Of a DNA stretch of 64,000 bases, positions 61,501-64,000 are shown piece by piece. This DNA comes from an uncultured Verrucomicrobiae bacterium (GTDB lineage: Bacteria; Verrucomicrobiota; Verrucomicrobiia; Limisphaerales; Palsa-1400). The position numbers and the translations under genes were made by a program. The notes under the pieces are model-generated. The model saw nothing but the letters and a program-made list of their open reading frames with translations. It was not told the origin of the DNA and did no database searches. Position 1 is the stretch's first letter, and every line of letters starts with the position of its first letter. The stretch covers positions 768,001 to 832,000 of the forward strand of contig OY969763.1 in the NCBI GenBank assembly GCA_963702845.1, in the 5' to 3' direction.

Positions 61501-63117
61501 GTGAAAACCGCTACGCTCAAACCAAAGCAGGTTTATTTAATATCGAATGGCGACCTCCGCCTTTCCGCTAATCAAAAATGCTGGCCCGAACAGGCGAAAA
61601 TGGAAGTGGCATTGGGTTGGGCGCTAAAAGCCGAGGGATGGACAGTTGTGCGGGCGCATCCGTATGACGAACAAAAGAAGCACGGATTTATCGATTCGCA
61701 GAAGATGGGGTTGGAAGTATTTCGCAAACTCGACCCAACTGCGCCACTCATCGTCGCCGAGTCCGTCTGGCAATACAGTCAACATTTACTCGGAGGATTG
61801 TTCACACACCGCGGCCCAATTTTGACCGTTGCGAATTGGAGCGGCACCTGGCCCGGGCTGGTTGGCATGCTGAACTTGAATGCTTCGATGACGAAGGCGG
61901 GCATTAGATATAGCTCGTTGTGGAGTGAAGATTTTAGCGACAAGTTTTTCACAAGTGGCTTACGCCAGTGGCTCAATGCCGGCGTGGTTACTCATGATGA
62001 AAACCATGTTCGAGATTTTTCGGCTGTAAAAATTCCGAAGTCGGACGAACAACTGGGCCGTCGTTTCGCGCGCAGGTTCAAGCAGCAAAAAGCGATCATG
62101 GGCGTTTTTGACGAGGGCTGCATGGGAATGTTTAATGCCATCATTCCCGACGAATTGCTTCATCAGACGGGACTGTTCAAAGAACGGCTCAGCCAATCTG
62201 CGCTTTATGCCGCGATGCAACGGGTAAGCGATGACGAGGCGGATGCCGTGTTGCGATGGCTGCTTAAAAAGGGAATGACTTTCCACTGGGGCAAGGATGA
62301 GTCAACCGAGCTGACACAAGCGCAGACCTTGTTGCAGTGCAAAATGTATATCGCCGCAGTCAGGATCGCTGATGAATTTGGCTGTTCGACCATCGGCATC
62401 CAATATCAGCAGGGCTTGAAAGATCTCGCGCCTGCCAGTGATTTAGTGGAGGGATTGTTGAACAATGTCGACCGTCCGCCAGTGAAGTGCATAAAAACTG
62501 GCCGCACGTTATTCGACAACGAAGCGGTGCCGCACTTCAACGAAGTGGACGAGTGCGCGGGACTCGATGGACTTGTGACTTATCGCTTATGGCGTGAGCT
62601 TGGGTTTGCGCCGGAGAACACGCTCCATGATTTGCGGTGGGCCCAGCATTTTAACGACGCTTATGTTTGGGTGCTGTTGATTTCCGGCGCAGCGCCGCCT
62701 GCACATTTTATCGGTGGTTATAAAGGAACCTCGAGCGAGCGTCAGCCGCCAATGTATTTCCGGCTCGGTGGTGGAACGGTAAAAGGAATTTCCAAGCCTG
62801 GTTCGGTTGTTTGGAGCCGCATTTTTGTAATGGGTGGGAAACTTCACTGCGATCTCGGCGTGTGCGACGTGGTAAAACTCCCGCATGCCGAAACGGAACG
62901 GCGTTGGAATGAAACAACTCCACAATGGCCGATCATGCACGCGGTATTTAAAGGCATATCTCGCGACCAGATGATGGCGCGCCACAAGTCCAATCACATC
63001 CAAGTGGTTTATGCGCCCAATTCAGCACAGGCCAATCGAGCCGCGCGCATCAAGGCGGCGGCGCTTGATGAGCTTGGGATAGAGGTGCATTTCTGCGGTG
63101 ATCTCCGGCTCAAGTAA
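61501..63117 (+). CDS. L-fucose/arabinose isomerase-like protein
   Basis: PLIVAESVWQYS, ANWSGTWPGLVG, FDEGCMGM, IGIQYQQGL, PHFNEVDE, SNHIQV; family assignment from recall. Confidence 0.65.
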   Translation: MKTATLKPKQVYLISNGDLRLSANQKCWPEQAKMEVALGWALKAEGWTVVRAHPYDEQKKHGFIDSQKMGLEVFRKLDPTAPLIVAESVWQYSQHLLGGLFTHRGPILTVANWSGTWPGLVGMLNLNASMTKAGIRYSSLWSEDFSDKFFTSGLRQWLNAGVVTHDENHVRDFSAVKIPKSDEQLGRRFARRFKQQKAIMGVFDEGCMGMFNAIIPDELLHQTGLFKERLSQSALYAAMQRVSDDEADAVLRWLLKKGMTFHWGKDESTELTQAQTLLQCKMYIAAVRIADEFGCSTIGIQYQQGLKDLAPASDLVEGLLNNVDRPPVKCIKTGRTLFDNEAVPHFNEVDECAGLDGLVTYRLWRELGFAPENTLHDLRWAQHFNDAYVWVLLISGAAPPAHFIGGYKGTSSERQPPMYFRLGGGTVKGISKPGSVVWSRIFVMGGKLHCDLGVCDVVKLPHAETERRWNETTPQWPIMHAVFKGISRDQMMARHKSNHIQVVYAPNSAQANRAARIKAAALDELGIEVHFCGDLRLK

Positions 63118-63146
63118 TTGCGTAGAGAATGTTTGCTGCGGGAAAG

Positions 63147-63220
63147 TGGCTGTCCGACATGGATTCGAACCATGACTAAAGCCTCCAAAGGGCTCTGTGC
63201 TACCATTACACCATCGGACA
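63147..63220 (-). tRNA. tRNA-Gln (TTG)
   Basis: TGTCCGA...TCGGACAG-CCA acceptor; anticodon arm GAGCC-CT-TTG-GA-GGCTT; GTTCGAATC T-loop; follows ispE as is common. Confidence 0.95.
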
Positions 63221-63279
63221 AGTCGTGGTTAAGGTAACGTTTTGAAACCAGACTGCAAATAAATTTCGATTGAGAGCGG

Positions 63280-64000
63280 CTAGGCGGTGAGTGGAACTGC
63301 CGTTAACCACATCTTCTCGCCAAAATGGGATTTGAATTTTTCCAGAATTTGGTCGGCAACCGATTGCGAATCGACGATGGCAAATGTCGCGGAACCGCTG
63401 CCGGACATCAAAGTAGTCAGGGCACCCTGTTCGCGAAAAAACTCCTGGAAGAGAACGAGCAGGGGATACTTCTTGAGTGCTGGTGCTTCGAGCGAGTTGT
63501 AAAATTCTTTACTGGCGTCAGCCATGTCCCCTTTGGCTAAAAGCCCCGCGAGTTTTTCAGCGCGACCGGGTTTTCCATTTTGAGCTTCGGGGAACTTTGA
63601 CATCTGCTGATAAGCCCATGGCGTGGAAATACCAAAGCCAGGATGAACCACAATAATGCTCTTGCCGCGCAAACAGGAAAACGAATCCAGCGGCCTGATT
63701 TGTTCGCCCCGGCCGACACCGATCGCAGGCCGGTTTTGAAGGAAGAACGGGATATCCGACCCGAGGGAAGCGGCAAGTTCGAACAGTTTATCGTTTGGCA
63801 ACGCCGTGCCAAAAACTTCGTTCATGCCCAGTAGCGTCACGGCTGCGTCACCGCTGCCGCCGCCAAGACCTGCGGCTGTTGGCACGTGCTTGTCTAGATG
63901 AATACGAACGCCGTCGCGAATACCAGCGGAGTTGCGGAAAAGGTCAGCCGCGCGATAGACGAGATTCTTTGAATCGACTGGGAGAGTGGGGTCGCTGCAC
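63280..64000 (-). CDS. ispE: 4-diphosphocytidyl-2-C-methyl-D-erythritol kinase (5' part off the window)
   Basis: PTAAGLGGGSGDAA, LGSDIPFF, GRGE, ISTPWAY, NSLE, MSGSGS. Confidence 0.93.
   Translation of the reverse strand, partial: CSDPTLPVDSKNLVYRAADLFRNSAGIRDGVRIHLDKHVPTAAGLGGGSGDAAVTLLGMNEVFGTALPNDKLFELAASLGSDIPFFLQNRPAIGVGRGEQIRPLDSFSCLRGKSIIVVHPGFGISTPWAYQQMSKFPEAQNGKPGRAEKLAGLLAKGDMADASKEFYNSLEAPALKKYPLLVLFQEFFREQGALTTLMSGSGSATFAIVDSQSVADQILEKFKSHFGEKMWLTAVPLTA

Noticed and set aside
63147..63220. tRNA-Gln as an integration site
   Set aside because: No duplicated tRNA 3' end or integrase was seen in the window.

Overview
A 64 kb bacterial chromosomal window. Gene content (TIGR03067, DUF1080, prepilin/H-X9-DG, DUF3300/DUF2950, secreted proteins ending in FYRV) suggests Verrucomicrobia (Pedosphaera-like); this is inferred. 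Core genes include speA (partial), dnaX, rpmB, mutT, ugd, an aquaporin, folB, an MlaD/F/E-type ABC system, a PfkB kinase, the preT-preA-mmsA-hydA pyrimidine catabolism cluster with an inserted vapBC pair, tatD, feoAAB, tRNA-Gln(TTG) and ispE (partial). There is also a frameshifted two-module NRPS with an Sfp PPTase and a divergent TonB-dependent receptor, and a sugar ABC / myo-inositol oxygenase / isomerase operon. The most unusual feature is a 9.5 kb island (34620-44101) made of unrelated DNA pieces, two of them cut in mid-gene (abfA, kdpE). The pieces are joined by one 38-bp sequence, ACTGATAGGAAATTGCTTTTTGACGCTGGCGCGGTTAA (4 direct copies, 1 inverted). Each direct copy is preceded by a ladder of truncated copies of its own 5' end. 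Beyond the island lie an HTH gene and a mosaic of 10-11-bp phased tandem repeats. A second small-gene array (1958-6937) has collapsed attC-like half-sites and its own 22-bp junction motif. No recombinase, transposase, reverse transcriptase or cas gene is visible in the window.
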